From contig OX597820.1 of NCBI GenBank assembly GCA_951406725.2, positions 85,002,001-85,066,000 of the forward strand: DNA of 64,000 bases, in the 5' to 3' direction. The notes beneath the pieces were generated by a model. The model did not search any database. It saw only the letters and a list, made by a program, of their open reading frames with translations, and was not told the DNA's origin. Source of the DNA: Octopus vulgaris (Eukaryota). The translations under genes and the position numbers were made by a program. Of the stretch, positions 14,053 to 26,825 are shown piece by piece; the first letter of the stretch is position 1; every line of letters begins with the position of its first letter.

Positions 14053-14589
14053 ATGTATATATAAAGATGTGTGCTTGTGTGTACACACACGCAGAGTAAT
14101 AAAAAAAAACGTAACCTAGTGTTTAAGGTCTTGGACTTCATAGATCATAAGGTCTTCTGAACTTTTAAACAAGGGCAGTCATCATTGCGTTCTTGAACAA
14201 GACATGTCATGTAACGTTGCGTCTGTATACACAAGTAGGAATATGCATTGGCCGAGTACTGGGCCAGCTCCTTCTTTACTCTTACACCTGTCAAATCCAT
14301 GTGTTCCTTGCGGGAATGCTCAGGAATGTGGGGAAGGTCTGTGTCGAAAAAGGCTCCCTGATCATTTTGAGAGGAAATGGGATGAGCTGCATGGTCGTAT
14401 TCGCATGCAAATGTCTCATACACGCACATGATTGCCATATATTTATAAATGATATAAACCTCACCATTAAAAAACCGACAAAGGAAATAAGGTAGTGTTG
14501 ATTGACACAGAATACTACAAAAAATTAATACTCTCCATGTTGGAAAATAATATTTACTATGAGAAGATAGTACAATACAACCAACAGAA

Positions 14590-14990
14590 GATACTTAAAA
14601 CTTATCCTCCTTACTTTAAATACATGCCAAGGGCCTCGCGAACGAGGACTTCTTGAAATCAGATCAATACTAATCAAAAGGCATTACCAAATATCATTAA
14701 TAAATGATGGCGTTAAACGGATTAAGAACATATATATACGAACATTAAAGGAAGTCAACCGAAATACTAAACCAGAATTTAAAATACTCCAATGCATCTC
14801 CACACATAATCCTAGAAACAACAAAGCCCTCAAAATTATCATCCAAAATCTACCCATCTTCACAGGAGGTAACACAATAAAGAAAATTTTAGGCTCACAG
14901 CAAAATGCAACCTAAACCATTGAAAAAAATATTAACCAGCGCAAGACTATATCCATTAACAACAGAACCAAAAGTGAAAATATTACACGT
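14590..14990 (+). mobile_element. Penelope-like RT thumb/linker fragment
   Basis: LLEIRSILIKRHY...ISTHNPRNNKALKIIIQNLPI...PKPLKKILTSARL; homologous to 41361-41733. Confidence 0.8.
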
Positions 14991-15047
14991 AATCTTTTTA
15001 CTCAAGGACTAGTAGACCTCACACCGTTCAGTATTCGGTTTGCATCC

Positions 15048-15086
15048 AAAGCAATGATTAGTAATTTTACGAAACCGGTATGCTTT
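15048..15086 (+). ncRNA. Minimal type I hammerhead with A3-U8 core pair
   Basis: stem I AAAGCA/TGCTTT; core ATGATTA; stem II GTA-attt-TAC; GAAAC CG GT; GUA triplet; directly downstream of the PLE fragment. Confidence 0.75.
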
Positions 15087-15326
15087 TGAATCTCTTTATC
15101 AATTCACTATAATGACTTTTATTACTTTTATTCCTACCTCAGTTCATCTAATTGTATATATCTAACGTTACTTTTCTTAAAATCCTTTAATTATTTTATT
15201 TCCAATGTGCATTTTAGCTTACTTTTCTTCTTATTTTCCCCTTACATTTCCACGTGTAGTTTCTAGTTCCTTTTGGTAACATATTTATATTATATACAAA
15301 TATATACATCTATATATGTATATAGG

Positions 15327-15383
<57 letters not shown>

Positions 15384-15458
15384 GTATATATATATGCATA
15401 TATATATATATATATGCATATATATATATATATGTATATATGTACGTATATGTATGTA

Positions 15459-15496
<38 letters not shown>

Positions 15497-15497
<1 letters not shown>

Positions 15498-15902
15498 TAG
15501 AAAAAATGAGGCACTCAGAAATCTAGATGGTTTTATATTTACAGATATTTATTAGTATGTTACATGTTTTTATAAATCATATATTAGCGCTTTCGTCCAC
15601 TCTAGTGGAGTTGTCAAATTGAACTTTTGCAGGAATTTTGTCTCTTTTTATTGTTTTATTCAGTGTGTAGTAATGGGGAGAGATATCTCCTTCTTCTTCC
15701 TTTCATTCTTTTCTTTAAGACCCTTTTCAGATACAAAACAAACACACACATACAAGCCCTCTCTCTCACTTTCTCCCCATTCCTCACCCTCTTGTACTAT
15801 CTTATATCTCTCCCCACCCCTATACACACAATAATCCTATAAAAAGTGACAAAATCCCTGTAAAAGTTCAATTTGACAACTCCACTAGAGTGAGCAAGAG
15901 CG

Positions 15903-15980
<78 letters not shown>

Positions 15981-16070
15981 GATATATGATTTATAAAACA
16001 TGTAACATAGGAATAAATATCTGTAAATATAAATCTATCCAAATTTCCGAATACCTCATTTCTACTAATA
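15497..16070. repeat. Inverted pair of PLE-type terminal repeats (~15497-15690 and ~15800-16070), each with a degenerate U3-A8 hammerhead
   Basis: gatatttatt..tatgttacatg...cactctagtggagttgtcaaattgaactttt present in both orientations; minus strand at 15583-15620 reads TTGACAA-CTCCACT AG AGTGGAC-GAAA GCGC TA. Confidence 0.85.
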
Positions 16071-16640
16071 TATAATACCTGTACATTATCTCCAAAACTT
16101 CTGATATACATATATGCAAGTGAGTATATTTTTATGAGTATATATATATATGTAAGTGAGACAAATTGTATTCTTAAGTGTACACATTGAATTTGGAAGC
16201 AGATATGACGTAAAATATATCAATCAGTGAATGGGAGAAGAATTTAATCTGTATATGTCTCCCGTTGCCTAATCCTCTCCATTTGTATGAATTCTCAGCC
16301 GTGGCGAATCCGTTTAAGATATTTAATCACACCAACATATCTGTCTTATGCCAGAATACAACGCTGTCTGCAATAATGTATTGCGACATTTCGTCATTGA
16401 TATGCTAAGTAATGTTTTAATAACATCTCCCCAGATAAAGTGTTATCATTTTAGAAACACATTTCATGAAGTATTATATACTTATCATATAGTACATATA
16501 GAACTCATATGCATAAATGGTGTGCGTAGTATACTTACATCTGCACGATATTGCGATTATGCATGCAGAAATTATCCTCGAATGCTCTAACTCACGCACA
16601 CTCTTACAAAAGCACACACACACTTATAAGCAGACATACC

Positions 16641-16697
<57 letters not shown>

Positions 16698-18556
16698 ATA
16701 TACATATGATTGTATGAATATACATTCATTAGTTATCTTTATATAGACCTCAGAGAGCATATGCATTAATGTACACAGATAGTCTTTGCCAAAATATACA
16801 CACAAGCTTAGGTGATTGTGCGCGTATAAACATGTGTTTGTATTTGTTTATGTGTATATAACTGTCTTGGTTTTTATGACTGTCTGCACATATATTTGAA
16901 ATATTTTATATTAAACCAGTATCATTTTACAATCATATAATTACTTATCAGCAGATAACTCTTCTAACAACAGTTTTACCATAGTATATTTTCATGTTAT
17001 TTTGCGTACTTACCAAATACTAATACAAGGTAAACTCCTCTGACAGTAAACATAAGCTGGGGATGGTTTGGGCAAAATACATTAGTCTCCTATCTACAAA
17101 TAGCAAGTATCCCTGAATCACAGCCACACATATTTCGCCTACATACTGTACTGCAGAATACATTGATTATTCGGAAGCCGTACAAAGCTTTCGTCTCAAC
17201 ATGACAGGCTGGCATTAAAACTTAAATCAGACGGATGGGAAGCAATAGTTTGTGAATGACGCGTTTTTTTAATAGCAATCAGGAAGATTTATTTAGAAAA
17301 TATATAAAATAAATTCTAATCCCAATACTACTACTAATAGTAATAACGACAATATAAGTCTCTAATCTGAGCTCAAGTTGAGCAGTTTCAAGAAAGTTGA
17401 CTTGTGGATAATACTAACACCCATCACTTAATTCGTGCAGCATTTTTGATACCAACTCGCCTGAGCCCAACCCCAGGTTTTATGGCATAAACTCACTGTT
17501 TTAACGTACTCTGAATTATAAACTACCATCAAAGTTTATGCTAGATTGTTCCAGATCTCATCTTAAAAGTGAAATTTATTTTACTAAATTAATCATTGTT
17601 TTAAAACTGAATAGAAACAAAGACAGCTTATGTTTGACAGACAGATAGTAGCAAAATTGCTAAATTTATCAGTCCCAGAGGATGAAATGCGAAAATATTC
17701 TGGGCTAGATTTGAACGATATTGAAGGAAATCCGCAGTTTTTCGACGCTTTAATGTTAAAATACCGTTGATGATTTTATTCAGCAGCAGCAATTTCTACG
17801 GCTTTGAAAACCACCAGTTACAGCAGATGTCTGACAAGATCTCGGCTTATAAGATCTCGTTCTTTATTTTTACATCACTCGTGATTCTAATGTGACTCGA
17901 TGTAGGTAGTTGGTGTAGGTAGTAACAATAGCAGTTTCCGTTCTACTTCTTTCTCCCAGCATATGTGGAAAGTATCACTCAAAGACCACATGCATGGGCT
18001 TGGAATCGACAAAGAAATGTACTTCCTGCTCTGTCAAATAATGAATTACGGCTTTATGACCGCGTTACATTTCTGCCACAGAGGGACATCGAACGGCTTG
18101 TCTTTCCCGTGTTTTAAAGCACATGACATAGCTCTGCTAATGCAATAAACGTGTGTAGTATTGAAAAGTTGGTCAATCGCCATTCTCATAGCTACGACAT
18201 CTATTTTTAATCGTTGTGTCTCCAAAGTTGCTCACTAATTTGGCATTTAATGTATTGTGACGTTTCTACGCTTATTAGCCGCTTCAGACCTCATCATGGC
18301 CGGAGTGTTTGGATTGCTCTAATTGGTATTTAACTATCTTGAAAATATACACGCAGTTAAGGAAAAATATGTTCGCCGCAAAGCTATCTAAACCCTCTAA
18401 TTTCTCTATTTTATTTTCAGGCTTCGCTTATTGTTCTGCATTAAACAGTGTTTTGCTCATCATGTAGCTACGTACCTTCATATGCATATATGAATACATA
18501 TGTAAGTTTTAAAAACTTTATAGTTTCACGCTGATTCTGCTTCCCACTCACACTTT

Positions 18557-18601
<45 letters not shown>

Positions 18602-18715
18602 AATAGATAGATAGATAGGTAGAGAGAGAGAGAGGAGTTAATATAATGATAAGCAAGTTAGGCTAGTCAAAACCTCAAACGTAAGACTTCTTCTCTGAAT
18701 ACGGAGGGCGGTATA

Positions 18716-18783
18716 ATCCGATGATGGAGTCAATTTAGAATCATTATTTTGGAACCCCAAGCCTCTAGAAACAGCTGTCGGAC
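18716..18783 (+). ncRNA. Degenerate type I hammerhead
   Basis: CCGATGA-TGGAG...CTCTA-GAAAC AGCT GTC-GGA; stem I/core register ambiguous. Confidence 0.5.
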
Positions 18784-18957
18784 ACACAAAACTCTTATTC
18801 AGCTCCTTTAATTTCTGATTTCATTTCTATTTAATATTATTTTGTATATCGACATGTTTAACTGGCTTATTCTTTCATTTACTTCTCTACATGCTCAAGT
18901 TTAAACCGTTTGAGCATTACGAAGTGTAATCTATATGGAAAATATGTGACTGATCCA

Positions 18958-19009
<52 letters not shown>

Positions 19010-19603
19010 ATAAAAAAAGGGTGAAATATAATTAATTTGATAAAATTAATAAATTTCACGTAGTAGTTTTATCGGTATGGAAAATACCATATTTGCTAAG
19101 GATTATATTAATTATAAGAAAGGGTTAATTGCAACAAGGTGCTCAAAACCACATACCGAAAATATTATAAATGGCAGCCAAATAGGTCACCATTTCCCCT
19201 ACTAGTAAAAAAGTCTCCACAAACAAACAGGATTTGCAACCCGTATATGGCAAAGAGAAAGAAAATAACGTAATCACAGCCTATTTGGATTAATTATAGA
19301 CGAAAATTCGTTTCTGGATTAGAACCGTAGGTTCATTTCCTTGTCAATATAATATTTCCTATAAATCTAGAAATGCTAGGGGAAGAAAACTCACCCACTA
19401 CACCGGCTCGAAAGTGACATCGAACGATATAATGGTCTGTCAGCATCACTACATTTATATAGACAGGCGAAATCGTATCTCCCTCCAAAATTACCACGTG
19501 AGTTGCAAAAACATTGTCAAGTTTCGCAGATTTATTGTATGGGAGTAATAGCGTACAATATACAAATATATTTGCTAAAGATTATATTAATTATAATAAA
19601 GGG

Positions 19604-19606
<3 letters not shown>
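19010..19606 (-). mobile_element. Non-coding terminally redundant unit (PLE repeat or retrozyme-like)
   Basis: 39-bp direct repeat at 19089-19127 and 19568-19606 (2 mismatches), hammerhead inside, (TA)n on both flanks. Confidence 0.6.
19293..19353 (-). ncRNA. Type I hammerhead with U3-A8 core pair
   Basis: minus strand: ATTATA-TTGACAA-GGA aat GAACC tac GGTTC taa TCC-a-GAAA-CGAA tt TTCG-TC-TATAAT; GUC triplet. Confidence 0.75.
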
Positions 19607-19668
<62 letters not shown>

Positions 19669-19770
19669 CTGATGCACCACTGTTTTGTGCTACGCTGTTA
19701 TTGCGAAGAACCTCGTCTAATATGTGGCATATTATATATTTTTGTATGTGCGTGTGTGTGTGTATACATA

Positions 19771-20926
19771 CTAGCAGAGATGCCCGGCGTTGCTTGGGAT
19801 TAAAAGGGCATAATTTGTATATATATTATAGTTGCGTTAAAAAAAGGTGATACGGGAAAGTACAGCATTGACTACAAATCTTTCGTGAAGTGAATGGTGA
19901 GCTAATTCAACTAAGCGACATGTCATGCATCCGTTTGGAGAATTCCAGTACCTAACCTGTCAGGGAAAATTGGGGGTGGGGTTATGTGGTTTTTGAACAC
20001 ACCGAAAAGCTGTCAGTGGATATAATCTCCATTGCGGCGTCTGTGCTACATCTAACATGACCCATTGTCTGAAGTTTTGACACCTGATTCGGATTTGTTG
20101 GCGAACATCACTCACAAAGTAAATTTAGAGAAACTTTGGTTGTTCATTTGTGGGGAGCAGGTAACCAATAAGGTGACAGACTTGCCCTTGAGCTTTGAAC
20201 ATCGGCATCAATCCATGTTTAACTATCTCCTTAGATGCACCAAACGATATCATTTGAAATGCAAAGTTGTATAGTCTGATATTATTGAGAACACCCTTTA
20301 ATTGGATGGAAGTGCCTTCCAGAAGATCCGTAAGAGTTTGAAGAGAAGCAGGTAGTGCTGACAATCTTACCTTACCGCCTGAGCAGCACATGCAATTAGT
20401 TTTATTTCGAAAAGAATTATCATTTTTATAAGAATGGGATGGATCATATCTAAAAGCAGCTCTAAGATTTGTGAAGAAAGAATTTGCAATTGTTTTCTTT
20501 CTGAGACCTAGTCTATTGGACCGCTGTCTAATCATTAAAACTCTGTTTTAATGAATTAGTATTAAGTGCTACAGGATGCCTTTGTTGCTCTTGGGAACGT
20601 CTCACCTCACTTCTGTCTTGAGATTCTATTTGACGTGCTGCTCTTGAGAAAGTCTCATCTCTCTTCTCCTTTGAGACTCTCGCCTTCGGTTTTCTACAAT
20701 CTTCCTTGATTTATACTTGTTTCTGGAGAGATTATTTCCTTTTTCTTTGGTGGAATTTTTTTCAATATTATAAATAGCAAATTATGAACATAGAAAAATC
20801 ATAATTAATCTATATTTTTGCAATCAGTTGCATGTCTCTATTTTTGTATGCATTGTAAATTAACCAAATAGAAGCATATGTACGAAATGGTAATTTAACG
20901 GTAAATGCCACAGGCATTATTATAGA
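19771..20926 (-). mobile_element. Internally deleted Helitron with both termini
   Basis: 5' A|TCTATAATAAT at 20926; 3' CCCAAGCAACGCCGGG hairpin-like motif then CTAG|T at 19771; RepHel N-terminal coding relic inside. Confidence 0.88.
20125..20755 (-). pseudogene. Helitron RepHel N-terminal region relic
   Basis: PPKKKG start region; MCCSGGKV, NNIRLYNFAFQMISFGA and FKAQGQVCHLIGYLLP...PKFL*IYF motifs typical of RepHel. Confidence 0.88.
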
Positions 20927-20940
20927 TACATTTTTTTACG

Positions 20941-20995
<55 letters not shown>

Positions 20996-21104
20996 TGGTA
21001 GTATAATAATAAGAGTAATATAAAAATATAATAATATCGAATTCTACCAGTAAATAATTGGGTTTTTTTTAAAAGCCTTTATAGAAATTATTTACTCTTA
21101 TTAT

Positions 21105-21142
<38 letters not shown>

Positions 21143-21146
21143 TATA

Positions 21147-21263
21147 TTGGCCTGCTCGCTTAGCCAGCGAGGTGGCGTCATTCGAAGGCTAAAACAATGC
21201 GAATGCATTTTGACCAGCGATGTGTAACTACATATGATGGACTGGTCGGTTACGTGAGCACGT

Positions 21264-21267
<4 letters not shown>
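21147..21267 (+). mobile_element. 3' half of SINE family C
   Basis: ttggcctgctcgctt...gaaggctaaaacaatgcgaa...gaccagcgatgtgta shared with 35656-35943. Confidence 0.85.
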
Positions 21268-21310
<43 letters not shown>

Positions 21311-21593
21311 CAAAAGTGGGGCAAGAACGGAAAACATCCCCACAGTTAGGTGAAACAAAAAAGGACAACAAAATATACAGACAGAAGATACAAGGTAAGC
21401 AAGGACGGATCATCCGGAGTTTTCTATCCTGATTCCAGTTCCAGATTACCTCTGCAACTTCGGCCGTTATACTCGAGATTGCTCCAATCTGGCTAGCCCC
21501 AAAGAAAAAAAAAGCTACGAAGAAAGCAGCAAATGTTTAAGAAAACGAGGACGGAACAAAACACAGATGTTTTGCGTACTTGTCCCATTTTTG
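21311..21593. mobile_element. 283-bp element with 28-bp inverted ends (inverted PLE repeat or MITE)
   Basis: caaaagtggggcaagaacggaaaacatc vs gatgttttgcgtacttgtcccatttttg (4 mismatches). Confidence 0.65.
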
Positions 21594-24189
21594 TGTTTTC
21601 TATATATAAAATATAGCGGCGTAAATACACCTTGGTCTCTTATATATATGTATATATACAGTACATGTATTAAATGTTAATTTAAGGGTCAATATGTAAC
21701 TGTAAATACTTTACAACTTAGCAACTGCTGCGATAATTATTTACTGGTAATTGAATGGTAAATGTAATGTATACTTTTATATACCTTTGAGCTGCCATAT
21801 CATTGTGTTTTGTCGAGCGTTTACCCTCCAGTCGTTTTTTCTGTCAGTCAACACATATACCCCGACACACCATTTCCCTCCCTGTCATGAACTTAAAGTC
21901 GGGAAGTTGCCGAAGTGTGATCTTGTTCACATTAGGATATAGATTATTCCTTTATTTCAAATATAATAGAAATAAGAATTAAATGTGAAAAAGTAAAAGT
22001 TTTATTTTCTTATCACATTAGAATAATCACATTAGGCTTACCACATTAGAATTAAAGGTGAAAGCTTAAATGTGACACAATATATCTTTTGACATGTAAT
22101 ACAGAACCAGTCTAAAAGATTGCTCTGATCCGCATTAGGCAAGAAGTTGAAAATCTTTTTAGCCCATGACACTACATGGACCCTAGATAATTCATGTGAT
22201 AAGTCATAAATACAACAGCATTTAAAGACAAAATAGTTTAACAAAAGCGAATTAACATTACTGAAATTATAAACCTGTTAATTGAATACATAATTATTTA
22301 TGTAAAAAGATGTACTTTCAAACGACTGTACCCTCTTTAAAGTATGCTGCTTCTGGAAATACTTTACTTCATGTGAAACAAAATTCTGGATGAAACTACA
22401 ATGAGCAAATGATGAAAAACAATTTTGAATGATTACTTCCCTGTTGGAAATAAAGATTGGAGTACAAAACATAATTATATTTAACCGATCGTTGGCCGTT
22501 ATACTTCACGAAGCTTGTGGTCATGAAAGGACGTGAATATCTGATATTTTCGCCAAAAAGGAACCACAACTGATAAGTGGGAAATATTTCTTTAGTCATC
22601 GCAGTGTAGTATATGACGGGATTAAAAGTAAGAACTTGAAATTTAATGCAAAATTTAATGTACAGCTATTTAAAATACACTAAATTTATTGAAGTTTGCG
22701 TTTTTCACTAACACAATAAGAGTAAAATCAGAAAGCCTACACGTTAACATTCCGAAGAATTACATAAGGATATGCGACACTTCACGCAGAGAAATCTTGA
22801 AGCAATGCTGTGAGAATAAAATCAAGAATAACTAGAACAATTACATTAATAAGTGGAAACACTTTGTTTGCAATTTGTAATTTGATTTTACTTTCCAATT
22901 GCGATAACGCTAAGAGCAATGCAAATAAAAGCGTATTATTTGGTAACCGAATAATAGAAGATGGAAGACTTGTTTTAACGAAATATAAGATGCGTCAAAG
23001 AAAATTGTGAAAACAATAAATGACAAAATTAGGAAAATAAATCATTGCTAACATACGTGTTGACAACAGACTGACAAGTATATTGCAAAGGTAATATGGG
23101 AAGACTCTTAATTGTTGATGTAGGCTAGATTAGGTGAACGTAAAGAAACAGAATCTTGAATCCTGGGAAACTAATGGCGAATGTCATCGACAAAAACAGT
23201 TAGTAATAAAGTTTAAAGCAATAAGATTTCCATATGTTGTGATGAGAAGGGGTTGGTTTTAATGAAAATAGCCTTTTCGCAAACACTTTGCATAAAAGCC
23301 GACAAACATACGTTTTAATCATATAATAGTTCCAGTTTTGATCTTACAGTTATTTCAAATCATTGCATTAGAAACACTGGCTCATTATATTTACACTTCA
23401 AGACTACAGAGTACTAATAGTACGTGACGTGTTATGGACTATTCGGCAGCTGATATACTTAGAACTGAAAATATATGACCAAGCCTCGCTGTAAATTAAT
23501 ACAATTTTTGATTTCAGTTCATATTATTTAAGAATGTGTGCCACATTGCTCCCATCAAACATGTTAGAATACTGCAATAGGGGCAGTTTTCAGATATGTA
23601 GGTTAATGTTCACATTAATGCCTATCTCGAAATGATCAATAACTATTTTGAAAATAACATCAAAATATTTTCGCGGAAGTTCATAAATAAAAACGACAAT
23701 ATTGAGCAGGTGTTTGCTTGCCTCTCAAAGAGAAAAGATCTAAAGTTTGATAAGCATCACTAACCAGAAAGAAAATACACATTCAGGCCAATATCATGTT
23801 CGGTAAGATAATTTCCCCTTTAATATGCATGTCGTTCGTAAAGAAATTAATTATTGTTCGGTGTGAGTTACAGAGGTGGAATTCCTGCATTTGGAGTTCA
23901 AGGATTTGTAAATAATATGCCGATAGCAATAAAAGTAATTTCACAGACACACACACACACACACGATTATTTATGGTGTGCATGCAGATGTGTACATGTG
24001 TGTGCATGTGTATAGGTAGTATATGGGTTTCCAGTTCACATTGGAGAAGATATTACAAGGAACAAATATGTAGGTCAAAGTAGAATTCCAAAAGATACCG
24101 GGTCCATTAATCTGCCTTTAGGTTGATTCGAGCTCGTAAGGACATTTTTTATCTAATCTATGAATGGGGAATCTCATGGTTGCAGGAGG

Positions 24190-24500
24190 CAGCGTTTGAA
24201 TTGGATGCAGAAGCCATACACCTCTTGTCGGGAATATGATAATCCTGGTTCCAGGGAATCTCTGTGGATCCTTGCTCGCTCATCTCTGCAAAGCTTGCAG
24301 CGACAGTTCTCATCGATAAACAGTCACGACCGCCCTATGATACTCCACTTGATATCATATGGAGCCCCTTCGTCTTTAAGGCACCACACGACGCTTGTCA
24401 GGGACGTCATGAATCATCTTTCAGGATTCTGTTAGATACTGATGGTTGTGGCTATCCGTTTACTGGAACAAAGCTGAGAGCTAATACGGTATCCACCCGA
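24190..24500 (-). mobile_element. PLE GIY-YIG C-terminal fragment
   Basis: minus translation TSLTSVVWCLKDEGAPYDIKWSIIG...CRCKLCRDERARI. Confidence 0.7.
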
Positions 24501-25727
24501 ATATCACACCCCTCCAAAATCCCTTCTGTGTGTGTGTATGTGTGTGTGTACTGTAATTATATATTTATGTACTAATCGAACTATCAATATCAATAAACTT
24601 GGGGAATAATGCTAAAATGGCTGATACGTTCTCAAGAACAACATCGACTTTCTAGAATAATGCCAATAACAAATTTACTCTCCTAGTTACAAGCTCTATA
24701 AATCGGACAGCCATATCTAGGGATATAACAAAGAGATATATTAAATTTAAAAACTGATTGTAGTTGCAACATTATTCCTTTTAACACTAGTAGCAGTATA
24801 TGTTGTAACAACGGTTTCTTCTAGCAGCCTCAAGTATGTATATAGGAATAACAGTAATGTGTCTTCGCTTTCTACTTCTCTAGCTGATAGTAAATTAAGC
24901 AAGTGTAACTGTAGAGTTGTTAGTAGCATTCCAGTGATTGGTAACTTCCTAAGACAAAGAAATGGTCATATATATAAGTGTAATGTACTGATGTGTAATG
25001 TTCTGATGCGTAATGCATGCAAATATATAGGCTCCATAGAAAATTACTTTAAATATCAACAGCCATTGTTTTTCTTGCCCAAATCATGGGTGCACTTCTT
25101 TCTGAATTGAGCACAGTTGTGTTTGAAAACTCAGGGTATCTATTTTAAACCTATAAGGCTATATCTAATGAAGATGATAGGAGGATTACTGCTTGGATAC
25201 CTGCATGGATCAGGAATTGTTGCTGCTACATGAAGATTTCCTAATGGTAAAGTTTGTAGAATGATTGCGGTGATAGTCAATGGCAATCATAGGATGCTCA
25301 GAATATTCCATTATTGCCAAATGTGTATTAACTATGTTTATAAGAAGCCTCGTCTGCCAGTACGCAGATCTTTCATAAGATGCCATAGAAAGCAACGCGT
25401 ATTACCTAAAATAATTTATTGATATATTCAACACTATCATTTCTTCTTTCAAACACTTGCCTTTTTATATATATATATATTTATCTGAATTTGGATTAAA
25501 CAATTTGAGAGCAACGAGTAATATCATTCTAAACACTTAGACATTACTCTTTCTTCTTTTTACTAATTTGCTAATTTACCTTCTTTAGTAAATATATGTA
25601 CAGAAATATTGCATGCTTTAGTTATTGTATTTGAAAGTTCTAGAAATTTTTTGATTAAATGCTTATGTACTAACATGTCTATGTACATATATATATATGT
25701 GTGTGTGCGTGTGTGCGTGTGTGTGTT

Positions 25728-25758
<31 letters not shown>

Positions 25759-26344
25759 TTGTGTGTGTAAGAACAAATCTTATTTTACTACGCTAGTACC
25801 TTTTTATTCAAGCTTTTTGATATGCTTATGTTGATATGATATGCTTATGTTTAATTTATATTGATATGCTTATGTTTAATTTATGAGTTACTTTACTATG
25901 TTTAATGGCAAATGCACTTTTTTATTCATATAATCACATCAATATATTTAATATGTGGTAAAACATGCATGTTGATTTACAGATGGATTACATACGTATG
26001 TGTTTCTATCTTAATAAACTCTTTTCTAAAAGCGTATGCATAAGAGTGTCGCATTCATGTCAATGTATTATGAACAAACACGCCAGATGAGCATACATAA
26101 ATGTATACGAATTTATGCATTATACATGTATATATATAATGCATATATGTATATATGTATATATAAAAATAAGATATAAGGAGGATCGAAGCGCCACAAA
26201 GATCAATCACTAAGAAATAAATGGCATGACATGACTTGATTATTGAGCTAGTCTTAAACAGCAGAAACTCTTTTCCTTGCAACACGACCGTGAGCGATAC
26301 ATTATTTGCCTCATGTAGAAAGTATTCTACCAAAATTATCGAAA

Positions 26345-26716
26345 TAATATCGGTATTATGCTTACAATTCACCCTCGATTAGGCCCCCGAACAATGTGTC
26401 AGCTAAAAAGGTTGAAATCACATCAGATAAGAACATTGTGATACAATTTATTCACTGCTACTCGTCCTGCTCTTTCAATGTTATCCGAAAAGAAATTAAA
26501 GTAGAAAAAGGCCCCACAACTTTCAAACTGTACCTGGAGAAATTCCTCTAGGAAATACTGGATAAACCACATACACCTGGATACGTCTCAACCAAAAACA
26601 ACTCTCAGCTTGAGTGGTCCATGGTGTCCCGAAATAATTAACTAAATGATATTTCCAGTTATGGCCAGGGACGATAATGGCCAAAACTAATCTAAGTAAC
26701 ATAAGTTGCCTAAGTG
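26345..26716 (+). mobile_element. 3' end of a CR1-like LINE
   Basis: PALFNVIRKEIK...TTFKLYLEKFL*EILDKPHTPGY...NSQLEW, ending in (c)taagt tail repeats. Confidence 0.7.
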
Positions 26717-26756
26717 TACACTCACACACACACACGCACACACACACACACACATA

Positions 26757-26803
<47 letters not shown>

Positions 26804-26825
26804 ATATATATATATGCATATATAG

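Noticed and set aside
14145-14495. Overlapping ORFs on both strands in a higher-GC block
   Set aside because: No convincing motif; probably a decayed LINE scrap but unassignable
17960-18040. CGKYH...C...KCTSC zinc-knuckle-like peptide
   Set aside because: Short and stop-terminated; only suggestive of a gag/ORF1 relic
24635-24697. Minus-strand hammerhead-like remnant with plausible stems I and II
   Set aside because: Core reads TTGTAAC and stem III is broken; too degenerate to count
25201-25406. Possible minus-strand exon (ttattttag|...cag|gtatcc)
   Set aside because: All three frames contain stops and there is no recognisable protein; no partner exons; cannot be supported without transcripts
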